Assembly: GCF_006345805.1 (NCBI RefSeq)
Contig: NW_021833000.1
Location: forward strand, 1-60,000
DNA from: Octopus sinensis
Taxonomy: Eukaryota
Length of the DNA stretch: 60,000 nt
Direction: 5' to 3'
This document shows, one piece after another, positions 12,188 to 23,715 of this stretch. Position numbers and translations under genes: made by a program. The first letter of the stretch is position 1. Every line of letters starts with the position of its first letter. The notes beneath the pieces are model-generated. The model was given only the letters and a program-made list of their open reading frames with translations. It did no database searches and was not told the origin of the DNA.

Positions 12188-12946
12188 GGATCTTTTCCTT
12201 TTGAACGGCAGACAATTTCTAGTTAACTAAACACTTTTAAACTTCGTATACTGTTAGAATGTGTCAAAATAAAACATTTTTTTCTCTTGGCTTTCTTGAG
12301 AAAATTGTAATTTGTTTGTTTAACGTAGTTTAATTTTTCGAATTTTAACCAATCCTATGCTCTCTTTTGAGCTAAAATCATTTGCTGCGTCTAAAACTGA
12401 GACAACATCCTGTAACTAACCCTAAACCTCCCCCTAACCCTCACCCAAATTTTTTTTTCTTAATTGTTAAATTAATTTAATTGCTACGTGTGTAAAAAAA
12501 ACTAAACCAATGAAAAATAATTTAACAATTAACAAACAAAATAATTCTATAATTTTATACACACGCTTTCCGTACGTATACGGAAAGCGTGTGTATAAAA
12601 TTATAGAATTATTTCGTTTTAGCCTTCCATTTTTTTTACACGCGTAACAATTAAATTAATTTAACAATTAAGAAAAAAAATTAGGGTGAGGTTTAGGGTT
12701 AGTTACAGGATGTTGTCTCAGTTTTAGACGCAGCAAAAGATTTTAGTTGAATGGAGGTAATCGATTGGTTAAAATTGCCGAAATGCTCGGATTTTCAGAC
12801 GAAATATCTTACAAACTATAGAATTTTCTCAATAAAACCAAGGGGAAATGATGTTTTATAAACACATTCTACAAGTATACGAAGTTTAAAACTTTTTAGT
12901 TACCTAGAAATTATGTTACAAACAGCCGTTCAAAAGGAAAAGATCC
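12188..12946. mobile_element. 759-bp foldback MITE with GGATC termini and exact 8-bp TSD
   Basis: TIR ggatcttttccttttgaacggc / gccgttcaaaaggaaaagatcc. TSD acgacttc at 12180-12187 and 12947-12954. Central palindrome at about 12545-12615. Left end duplicated at 59909-60000. Confidence 0.9.
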
Positions 12947-13170
12947 ACGACTTCTTATCTCTGAGGTTCGACCAAATGGACGAGAACAAAATTACCAGGC
13001 TTTGAAAAATAGGTACTGGGGACGAATTGTTCGACTAGACCCTTTAAGACTGTGCTGCAGCATGGCCGTAGTCTCACCCCAAACCTGAAATGGACTGCCC
13101 CTGCTATATTTAATATATGTAACTCCTACTAAATATGCTGAGTGCCCTTTCTTTCGTTTGACCACTTACT

Positions 13171-13241
13171 CGTACATTGATGCAATGGTAGCACATTTAT
13201 CGCAAATATAAGAGGTGTGGGTTCGAGTCCCATGCGTACGG
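13171..13241 (+). pseudogene. tRNA-like cloverleaf (degenerate tRNA gene or tRNA-derived head)
   Basis: Acceptor, D, anticodon and T arms fold with two mismatches. T-loop TTCGAGT. Anticodon loop CGCAAAT lacks U33. Confidence 0.5.
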
Positions 13242-13415
13242 AAAAAAACTTACTTTTATCCGTCGTGGTCTTATATGCCCCAGAATTAGACTATTTTCTT
13301 TAATCGATACACGGTGATCGTCCATAAGCTTTTTAAGCTTATAATATATTCATTATTATTTGCAGAATTGTCACTCGTCGCCACTTTTCTATTTAACGCA
13401 CATATACATATGTAC

Positions 13416-13468
<53 letters not shown>

Positions 13469-13904
13469 ATATATATATATATATAATATATATATATAAG
13501 TGTTGTGTGTGTGTGTGTGTGTGTACATATATATCTTTAAATATGAAAAATTAATTTATTAGGTTTTTATTATATGTGCATATATATTTATTTATACAGA
13601 TTATTTTAGATTTTAATATTTATATACATTTATATATTTTCATTGATAATTTATATATATTAGTCATTTTTAAATATTTATGTAATTAGATATAGACTAA
13701 TACCGATATTAGATTATTGGTGGGTTTCCTACCTTATAAATTAAAATTAATATTAACATTATAGTCGATTTTGATATAATCATAATTGTTAAGTTTTATG
13801 TTTCTAGTTTGATAATAGAGTTTATTATAAGTAAAATATTATATTATTTATATCTTAAAAATATTGTTTAAATATTTCTGATTATATTTTAGATATTTCA
13901 ATTA

Positions 13905-13971
13905 GCCTGAAGATTGACTGTAACCATAACTCGAATTATTACGAATTGTACAGCCATGAAACGATCGTAGT
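13905..13971 (+). ncRNA. Degenerate hammerhead-like motif with long stem II
   Basis: CUGAAGA 13907-13913, stem tgactgta/tacagcca, GAAA-C-GAUC-GUA 13958-13969. Stem I is only about 2 bp. Confidence 0.35.
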
Positions 13972-14199
13972 GTTTTACTCTTTATCTTTTATTAAACTTT
14001 TAATACTTTTGATATATATTTAAAATAATATAAATTAATTAATTTTGTATATTGGCTTATGTTTTTCATTATTTGATTTGCCTAATAGTGGTTTTATCTG
14101 TAATTTAATATAACATAATATAATATATTTATACTATAAAATTGGATTTAATCCTAAATCTGATTTTTCCCTGTAAGTTTGGATTTATTCCCTAATATT

Positions 14200-14600
<401 letters not shown>

Positions 14601-15024
14601 TTAAATATGAATGCAGTGGCTGAATAAAAATGTATTGTTTGTGACTTCGGTCGAAAAAAGCGAACATTTAACCGTCTCTATTCTATCTTTTGTTTAGCAA
14701 TAGAATAATAAACAAGTCTTAACTAATTATTTTTCTTTGATATAAACTGTTTTATTACAAAATTTAATTAAAAACCTATCTTTGGGATGGTATGTTTCAT
14801 GAAGTAGTCTTGTTTCAATAATTAAAAGGTAATTAGCTTATCATCCGGAAAAAATCGTCATTTAAGCGTGTTAAAGCATTATGTGACAATGGCGGTTTAG
14901 AAGAAATGAAATAAGCTTATGATAAATCAATCAGCATTAATTATCCATTGATTAGTCTTTCGTTTATGCTTCGGAATGAGCAACAAGAAGTCACTGTGAA
15001 TGCTACCATTTTATTACTCATTAC

Positions 15025-15434
15025 TCTTTACTCTTTACTCTTTTACTTGATTCAGTCATTTGACTGCGGCCATGCTGGAGCACCGCCTTTAGTCGAGCAA
15101 ATCGACCCCGGGACTTATTCCTTTGTAAGCCCAGTACTTATTCTATCGGTCTCTTTTTGCCGAACCGCTAAGTGACGGGGACGTAAACACACCAGCATCG
15201 GTTGTCAAGCAATGCTAGGGGGACAAACATAGACACACAAACATACGCGCACATATATATATATACATATATACGACAGGCTTCTTTCAGTTTCCGTCTA
15301 CCAAATCCACTCACAAGGCATTGGTCGGCCCGGGGCTATAGTAGAAGACACTTGCCCAAGGTGCCCCGCAGTGGGACTGAACCCGGAACCATGAGGTTGG
15401 TAAACAAGCTACTTACCACACAGCCACTCCTGCG

Positions 15435-15472
<38 letters not shown>

Positions 15473-15638
15473 TACGACAGGCTTCTTTCAGTTTCCGTCT
15501 ACCAAATCCACTCACAAGGCATTGGTCGGCCCGGGGCTAGAGCAGAAGACACTTGCCCAAGATGCCACGCAGTGGGACTGAACCCGGAACCATGTGGTTG
15601 GTTAGCAAGCTACTTACCACACAGCCACTCCTGCGCCT
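15025..15638 (-). mobile_element. SINE family A, full copy plus tandem 5' partial copy
   Basis: Full copy about 15025-15437 and a second head region about 15470-15638. Confidence 0.85.
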
Positions 15639-15871
15639 TAATCGATCAGTTTATACCGAAACGTCTCGCAAAACTTTCTCGGACATTTCTTGTTTGGACT
15701 TGTTATTTCTTTCGAAGTCCATCAGTTTTCTTCTTTCATTTATTCTCCGTTTGTTTATCAAATAATCTTTACTTTTTCATTTTATCAATGATCCGTGTTT
15801 TGTGTTTTATTATTGATCGCTGGACGATAGGTGCTCTTTTATCGTGTGTACATGTACATATGTATTCATTT

Positions 15872-16190
15872 GGAGGCGCAATGGCCCAGTGGTTAGGGCA
15901 GCGGACTCGCTGTTTATTGAGCGAAAACACCTAAAAGCTCCACGAGGCTCCGGCAGGGGATGGTGGTGATCCCTGCTGTACTCTTTCACCACAACTTTCT
16001 CTCTCACTCTTACTTCCTGTTTCTGTTGTACCTGTATTTCAAGGGGCCGGCCTTGTCACTCTCTGTGTCACGCTGAATATCCCCGAGAACTACGTTAAGG
16101 GTGCACGTGTCTGTGGAGTGCTCAGCCACTTACACGTTAATTTCACGAGCAGGCTGTTCCGTTGATTCGGATCAACCGGAACCCTCACCG
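15872..16190 (+). mobile_element. tRNA-derived SINE family B with internal deletion
   Basis: Near-identical to 31420-31804 but missing the B-box segment. Confidence 0.8.
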
Positions 16191-16270
16191 CACTTTCACC
16201 GTTTAGGCTGTCTGATGTCATCACAGATCTACGTCAGGAATTCTGCAGTGTTCGTTGAATTTATTACGGA

Positions 16271-16697
16271 GGCTCTTTTCGGTTTGAACGGCAGTTTTTC
16301 TAGCGGTGTCATATGAAATTGTCACCCATAATTATGACCCTAGTATCGATCTATTGCATTTCAATCTGTTTTAGGGTTAGGGTTAGTTAGGATTAGGGGT
16401 GGAGGAAGGGTATCTTTTTTTCTTCACAAATGTAAATAAACCCATATCTGTTTCTTAAACGAGGGACATATTCATATGGCACAGAAAGTTATTTACCTCA
16501 ATAGACGTCATTGATTTGTTGAAATTGCAGAAATTGAAGAAAAAAAACCAACAAATATCTTACAAACTATAGAATTTTCTTAATAAAGTCAAGAGAAAAA
16601 GATGTTTTATAAACACATTCTACCAGTATACGAAGTTTAAAAGTGTTTAGTTACGTGGAAATTATGTTAAAAACTGCCGTTCAAACCGAAAAGATCC
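16271..16697. mobile_element. GGATC-terminal MITE, single ~427-bp copy
   Basis: TIRs (gg)ctcttttcggtttgaacggcagtttt / aaaactgccgttcaaaccgaaaagatcc. Internal TTAGGG-like tract. No clear TSD. Confidence 0.85.
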
Positions 16698-16820
16698 ACG
16701 GCAACTCTGCTAGGGCGGGATTCGAAGTGAAAGCGTAAAGACTGAAAACTAAAGATATTTTATCAGTCGATCCAAGATTTCTCCAAATCCACAATTTTAG
16801 TAATTATCTCTCTTTTCATT

Positions 16821-17791
16821 AATACCTATTTCTTTACTACCCACAAGGGGCTAAACACAGAGAGGACAAACAAGGACAGGCAAAGGGATTAAGTCGATTA
16901 TATCGGCTTCAGTGCGTAACTGGTACTTATTTAATCGACCCCGAAAGGATGAAAGACAAAGTCGACCTCGGCGGAATTTGAACTAAGAATGTAAAGACAG
17001 ACGAAATATCTATTTCTGTACTACCCACAAGGGGCTAAACACAGAGAGGACAAACAAGGACAGACAAAGGGATTAAGTCGATTATATCGACTCCAGTGCG
17101 TAACTTGTACTTATTTAATCGACCCCGAAAGGATGAAAGACAAAGTCGACCTCGGCGGAATTTGAACTCAGAATGTAAAGACAGAAGAAATACCTATTTC
17201 TTTACTACCGACAAGGGGCTAAACACAGAAGGGACAAACAAGGACAGACGAAGGGATTAAGTCGATTATATCGACCCCAGTGCGTAACTGGTACTTATTT
17301 AATCGACCCCGAAAGGATGAAACACAAAGTGGACCTCGGCGGAATTTGAACTCAGAATGTAAAGACAGACGAAATACTTATTTCTTTACTACCCACAAGG
17401 GGCTAAACACAGAGAGGACAAACAAGGACAGACAAAGGGATAAGTCGATTATATCGACTCCAGTGCGTAATTGGTACTTATTTAATCGACCCCGAAAGGA
17501 TGAAAGACAAAGTCGACCTCGGCGGAATTTGAACTCAGAATGTAAAGACAGACGAAATATCTATTTCTGTACTACCCACAAGGGGCTAAACACAGAGAGG
17601 ACAAACAAGGACAGACAAAGGGATTAAGTCGATTATATCGACTCCAGTGCGTAACTGGTACTTATTTAATCTACCCCGAAAGGATGAAAGCAAAGTCGAC
17701 CTTGGCGTAATTTGAACTCAGAACGTAACGGCAGACGAAATACCGCCGAGCATTTCGCCCGGTGTTCTAACGATTCTGCCAGCTCGCCGCC
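16821..17791 (-). repeat. Tandem array of 5 MetaSINE-like units (~184-bp period)
   Basis: Units start at about 16821, 17005, 17189, 17373 and 17556. Only the last has the full tRNA head. Confidence 0.9.
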
Positions 17792-18899
17792 TTTTTCATT
17801 CTTAATATCATTAATTCACTTACCTTTCAGATTCATGACTGTTACAGAGTTTGTTAAGTAAACCTTCCCTTTTAGTTGCAAAATCTACCAACCGGACGGG
17901 TCCCACTGGAATCAGTATCGTCTGCTTTTAGTGTTTCTTTTTTCTAGTTCCAATAAACAGGATTTCTTATATTTATTTCAGTTCTCTTCGTTCTGACAAT
18001 TTAAGAATAAATTCAGGATATTTCACAGTTGATTTCTTTTTGTATTGGCTTCGAGAAGATAATAAGCCCTTAAAACGATCTCACCAGATCTTTTCCACCC
18101 TTATAAAGATACGTGTTCCACTTAAACTTTCTTTCCTTCTAACTCCAGAAGCTGTCGCCAGGTTATTTCACTTTTTCTTAAACACGTTCTTAAACTCGGG
18201 GGTCTTCTGCCTTTTAATATTTCGTTTTCTAGTTTCGATAAACAGGATTTCTTTTATTCCTTTCTATTCTCTTCGTTCCGACAATTTAAGAATAAACTTA
18301 GGATATTTCACAGTTCAAGCTTCAAGAAGATGATATCTCCTTAAAACAATATCTTAAAATTTTTCCTCTCTTATTAACATAGATGTACAACTTGAACTTT
18401 CGTTCCCTCGAATTCCAGGAGCTGTCGCCAGGTTATTTCACTTTTTCTTAAGCACGTTCATAAACTTAGTGTCTTGTATTGTGGTGTCTTACTTTTCAAA
18501 ATACTTTGCTTGTAAGATTACAAGTAAATTATGTTTCACCCACAGATTTGTCAGTTTTTTCAATCAATTACCGCTTCTCTCCATCGATATTTGCAAATAA
18601 ACCACTACAAACAAAACGCCTGTATTTATATGCCTGCTAAACAAAAGAATTCTGTTTTAACATCGCAATATAACGATTGCTCACAATTTGTTTATTGTTT
18701 ATTTTGCACTGAACAAATTACGCTTAACGCTCTCCAAAGAAATACGATCAATGATTACAAGTTAATATTTTTGTGAAACGTAGGCGTGTTTATGTTTGTG
18801 TTTTGGTTACAAATAAGTATTGATAATCTCCGAGGAAGGCATCAATGATACAAATTCTCCCTTTAATTAGCAAACAAGCTTCTTTACAGTATTTATTTG

Positions 18900-19564
18900 G
18901 GATCTTTTCGGTTTGAACGGCGGTTTTTTCTAGCGATGTCATATGAAATTGTCACCCATAATTATGACCCTAGTATCGATCTATTGCATTTCAATCTCTT
19001 TTAGGGTAAGGGTTAGGATAGGGGTTAGTTAAGGTTAGGGTTAGTGTGGGGGGAAGGGTATCTTTTTTTCTTCACAAATGTAAATAAATTCAATCTGTTT
19101 CTTAAACGAGGGGCATATTCATACGGCACAGAATGTTGTTTACCTCAATAGACGTCAGTGATTGGTTGAAATTGCAGAAATTGAAGAATAAAAACAACAA
19201 ATATCTTACAAACTATAGAATTTTCTCAATAAAGCCAAGAGAAAAAGATGTTTTATAAACACATTCTACCTTACGTGGAAATTATTTTAAAAAACTGCCG
19301 TTCAAACCGAAAAGATCCCTGTTTCTTAAAACGAGGGACATATTCATACGGCACAGAATGTTATTTATCTCAATAGACGTCATTTATTGGTTGAAATTTC
19401 AGAAATTGAAGAAAAAAAACAAATATCTTACAAACTATAGAATTTTCTCAATAAATCAAGAGAAAAAGATGTTTTATAAACACATCCTACCAGTATACGA
19501 AGTTTAAAAGTGTTTAGTTACGTGGAAATTATGTTAAAAACTGCCGTTCAAAGCGAAAAGATCC
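18900..19564. mobile_element. GGATC MITE with tandem duplication of its terminal ~245 bp
   Basis: Element ends at about 19319, then restarts at tgtttcttaaaacgagggac and runs to a second TIR end at 19564. Confidence 0.85.
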
Positions 19565-19979
19565 TGAGAGGGTCCTACTTTGAAGGAAATTAGAGTTTTG
19601 TAATTCTATAAAGCCAATAAATGCCTCCCTGAAAAGTCTGGAAACTTCTGGACTGCATCTTGCATGTGTCAATTTATTCTTAACACATCTAGGCGGGTTC
19701 AGATACAAAATATGCTGAGAGCTGTAGCATATTCTCTGAGTAGAATAACTTTTTACTTTTACGACAACAGGACGTTCAACACACTTGTGTCATTGACACG
19801 CGGCGCTCGGAGGCAACGGTGTTTATACATGCTGTGTCTCGTCAGCCAGAAGTTGGAACTTTGAGACTAGCCAAAACTCATGGCTTTGCTAATGTTTTTT
19901 CAGCGCACAAATTGTCTATTGATCTATTCTCTATACAGGGGGACCTACTGAAAACATACGTTCCACAGATTTTATGGGG

Positions 19980-20785
19980 TCACCAGGCCTTTTTGATGTG
20001 GGATCTGTGCAGAGTTTTGATCTGGGATCTGTGCAGAGCCATTCTTTTACGTAGACTGTTTTTTGTTTGGCCTATGTATTGCTCTTGACACCCAGAGCAG
20101 GTTAGTGTGTATATCAGGTTCTCCGAAGCACATGTGAAGTTGCTTTTCACTGTGAAACGTTGTCCCTGTTTGAAGGAAAACTCTGATCCCTCAATTAAAC
20201 TGAACCATATCCCACAGTTGGGTCTTACACTTCTTTTTACTGACGGCTTCTGTGTTAGGAGACTTTTCATAGATTTGAGCTGTCTCTTTCTTTTTATGGG
20301 GGTGTGTGTTTGGAGGATTAAGTTCATTCTGTGATCCTTTTTTAGCAGGGGTATGTTTTGGAGGATGGTGTCGAAGGCTTCATTGTTGAGAGAGTTAAGT
20401 GTGGAGAGGTATGGTAGGGCTTTTGGTTGTAAATCTTTCTTTAATTTCGGATGTCTGAGTTCCTGGATGTTGAGTTGGAGGGCACGTTAAAACGCATATG
20501 TCAATTAGTGAAGGTGGGTAGTTCCTGGTGATGTGTGTATCCTTTAGTTCATGTAGTCGTGTGTCTCTGGTGTTTGCATTAGAGACTATAGTACATATCC
20601 TTTTAGCTAGGTTGAAGGGGGTATTCATTCTGGTGTGTCTGGGGTGGGATGAGTTGAACGGTAGATATTGCTTGGACTCCGTAGGCTTATAGTATATATC
20701 TGTTTCAATTATGTTGTTAGATTTCTTAATGAGGATGTCGAGGAAGGGAACTTGTTGCTGGCTATATTCCATCGTGAACTGAAGT
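19980..20785 (-). mobile_element. Penelope-like element, 5'-truncated RT C-terminus + GIY-YIG
   Basis: VPFLDILI...YYKPTESKQYLPFNSSHP and CASENLIYTLTCSGCQEQYIGQT, frameshifted. Confidence 0.9.
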
Positions 20786-20808
20786 ACATATATATATATA
20801 TATATATA

Positions 20809-21073
20809 TATAAGCGAGAAAGAAGCAACAAGAATGGATAGGTTTTTAGTACAATCGTTTCATACAAGGACAGGCTTTATTAAATGTTGCAAAAATTACA
20901 GCATATAAACGTGTCCCGTACTAGGATGTCTAGAGAACTCACATGTATTTTAGCTGATGAGTACGGGACACGTTTATATGCTGTAATTTTTGCAACATTT
21001 AATAAAGCCTGTCCTTGTATGAAACGATTGTACTAAAAACCTATCCATTCTTGTTGCTTCTTTCTCGCTTATA
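20809..21073. repeat. Perfect 114-bp inverted repeat with a 37-bp spacer
   Basis: 20809-20922 is the exact reverse complement of 20960-21073 on my reading. Confidence 0.92.
20948..21038 (+). ncRNA. Type I hammerhead ribozyme-like motif with long stem II
   Basis: Stem I ttttag/ctaaaa; CUGAUGA 20954-20960; 60-nt stem II; GAAA 21021-21024; stem III AC-gauu-GU; predicted cleavage after GUA at 21032. Confidence 0.6.
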
Positions 21074-21359
21074 ATCACCCCACATTACTGTATTGTTAAA
21101 ACAGTATAGTTTTTTTTTGGTGCATCTAAGTTAGGTACCATATTCAAGTAAATTCATTTAAATTAACTTGAATCTTTATTGCTTTTTGTATATATATATA
21201 TATATATATATAGTTTAATTTCGTTAACGGAAACGTTTTTGAATATGCATATAAAACTCCTATTCTATGATAAAGCCTAATGATGCCAACTGGTAATAGT
21301 AATTTTTGAGGTTGTACCGAGCTGTACCGATATAATGTAGGATTAATAATAATAATAAT

Positions 21360-21870
21360 AATCTTAACTGATTGGAAGTGTTATCATGTACATTGTTTTG
21401 TCTTGGTATAAAAGATGGGTTTTACAGCAAAGATTCTGCTCAATACCACAGATTTGCTTGTCAGTTGTTTGACCATAACCAGTTGACCATGTCCCTTAGT
21501 TGCTGATGATATGTGCATCTCTGATCATGAGCAGAAGTAGTGGGGGAGCATCATAGCCATGTGATAAAATGAATTCTCTGGGGTTTGGATAATTCACCTC
21601 TGGAAACATGGTTGTTTCGTTCAACATCATGAAACAACCCTTATTCAGGGACCTTTTGAGCAGGATGGGCTACTCGACTTGAAGAAAATTCTAACTGGGC
21701 CCTACCTGCAAGGTCATGTGTTGTTTATCTTGATATGAGATTACCATGTCACGCACATATGGTTGTGATGCATGTGTCTGGTGTACCCTTATCAGACGGG
21801 TAGTCATGATGGGTATATTGGGCTTCGTATATCTTAATCCAGTGTCACTTTGATGGCACGCACTGCTCTT
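21360..21870 (+). mobile_element. (TAA)n-flanked repeat family F, long copy
   Basis: Homologous to 5600-5990, starts and ends in (AAT)n. Confidence 0.6.
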
Positions 21871-21941
21871 TCACTGAATGATAATAATAATAATAATATA
21901 ATAATAATAATAATAATAACAACAACAACCACAACAACAAC

Positions 21942-21982
<41 letters not shown>

Positions 21983-22010
21983 TAATAATAATAACAACAA
22001 CAACAACAAC

Positions 22011-22046
<36 letters not shown>

Positions 22047-22103
22047 AATAATGATAATAATAATAATAACAACAACAACAACAACAACAATAATAATAAT
22101 AAT
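21870..22103. repeat. Compound (AAT)n/(AAC)n/(ATG)n microsatellite
   Basis: Direct reading. Confidence 0.95.
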
Positions 22104-22350
22104 TAAACATTCAATGATGAGGGAAAGGATGAGAAGTGAATGTTATCGCAGGGTAAGGACAATACTCAAGACAGAGCTGAATGCAAGAAACAGGATCGAA
22201 GCGATCAATGCTTTAGCCATGGCAGCCGTGACTTACAGCTTCAATATCATTAACTGATCAATTACTGAAATATGTAATCTTGACAGAAAAATACGAAAAC
22301 TGTTGACAATGCATAGAATGCACCACCCTAAGGCAGACATAGGACGACTG
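22104..22350 (+). mobile_element. R4/Dong-clade retrotransposon fragment
   Basis: ECYRRVRTILKTELNARNRIEAINALA...YSFNII...LDRKIRKLLTMHRMHHPKADIGRL, adjoining an AAT microsatellite. Confidence 0.75.
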
Positions 22351-22561
22351 TCCACAGTCTGTCTACCCTGTGTGAAAGGCCTCTCCGAAAATATACAAAC
22401 GATATGCGGCCCATATGACACCAGGACAGTATTCAGGAGTAATACAACACTTCGCAAATATCTCCTTCGAGTAAAACCACCAATAGAAGAGAATATGACC
22501 AAAGACTGCGTGTACTCCATCCCATGCAGCTGTGGTAGGTTATACAAAGGCGAAACATACC

Positions 22562-22974
22562 TGTTTCTTTACTACCCACAAGGGGCTAAACACAGAAAGG
22601 ACAAACAAGGACAGACAAACGGATTAAGTCGATTATATCGACCCCAGTGCGTAACTTGTACTTAATTTATCGACCCCGATAGGATGAAAGGCAAAGTCGA
22701 TCTCGGCGGAATTTCAACTCAGAACGTAACGGCAGACGAAATACCTATTTCTTTACTACCCACATGGGGCTAAACACATAGGGGACAAACAAGGACAGAC
22801 AAACGGATTAAGTCGATTACATCGACGGCAGTGCGTAAATGGTACTTAATTTAATCGACCCCGAAAGGATGAAAGGCAAAGTGGACCTTGGCGGAATTTG
22901 GCAGACGAAATACCGCTAAGCATTTCGCCCAGCGTGCTAACGATTCTGGCAGCTCGTCCCCTTTTCTGCCAGCT
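22562..22974 (-). mobile_element. Tandem MetaSINE-like insertion with 10-bp TSD
   Basis: TSD gaaacatacc at 22552-22561 and 22975-22984. Confidence 0.85.
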
Positions 22975-23144
22975 GAAACATACCGTCCCCTCAAAATAAG
23001 GGCAGACGAACATCGCAAAGCTGTGACACGAAAAGATATTGATAAATCGCGTATAGTTGATCATGTATGGGAAAATGGAGACCACCTCCCCCTGTGGGAT
23101 GAAGTTAAAATGATAGACAGAGAACACCACTGGAAAATACGCCT

Positions 23145-23365
23145 TTAGGCGAGGAGCAAATCGACCCCAGGACTTATTCTCTGTAAGCCTAGTACTTATT
23201 CTATCGGTCTCTTTTGCCGAACCGCTAAGTTAGGGGGACGTAAACACACCAGCATCGGTTGTCAAGCGATGTTGGAGAGTCAAACATAGACACACACACA
23301 CACACACACACACATACATATTTACGACGGGTTTCTTTCAGTTTCCGTCTACCAAATCCACGCAC
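23145..23365 (-). mobile_element. SINE family A, partial
   Basis: Matches the 11620-11850 segment. Confidence 0.8.
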
Positions 23366-23489
23366 AACAACCTCCTTAACAGACCGAGTGCAGATATGAG
23401 TAGCATATGGGAACCGGTATTAAGGAAGGATAGGAAAATATTAGATTTATAACCCCTGAAATTCACTCCGTAATTTCTCAGGGGCATAT

Positions 23490-23715
23490 GACGTAGTGGT
23501 TCTTGGCCGACCTCTTCTTCTCTTGCCACTGACCATTCCGAGCATGATGTCCTTCTCCAGGGATTTTCTCCGCACAATATGACCAAAATATGCCAATCTA
23601 TGCTTGGTGATCCTAGCTTCTAGCGACAGTTTCGGTTTGATCTGCTTAAGAACTTCTCCATTGGTGAACCTCGCTGTCCATGGAATCCGTAAAAGTCTTC
23701 TCCAACACCAAAGCT
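23490..23715 (-). mobile_element. RTE (BovB-like) LINE C-terminal fragment
   Basis: INAFELWCWRRLLRIPWTARFTNGEVL...YFGHIVRRKSLEKDIMLGMVSGKRRRGRP. Confidence 0.85.

Larger units (their letters stand above)
1..12279 (+). repeat. Segmental duplication, copy 1 (probably extends beyond the window start)
   Basis: Colinear, near-identical to 47689-60000 with offsets of about 47688, 47683 and 47721. Confidence 0.97.
22354..23455 (+). mobile_element. Penelope-like GIY-YIG fragment interrupted by two SINE insertions
   Basis: CVYSIPCSCGRLYKGET, [SINE], YRPLKIRADEHRKA...DHVWENGDH...W, [SINE], LNRPSADMSSIWEPVL. Confidence 0.85.

Noticed and set aside
13530-14180. AT-rich stretch resembling a mitochondrial insertion
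   Set aside because: No recognisable mitochondrial ORF, rRNA or tRNA cluster. Better explained as a nuclear repeat.
19790-19855. CUGACGA followed by a gacac/gtgtc stem on the minus strand
   Set aside because: No GAAA after the stem, so the hammerhead core is incomplete.
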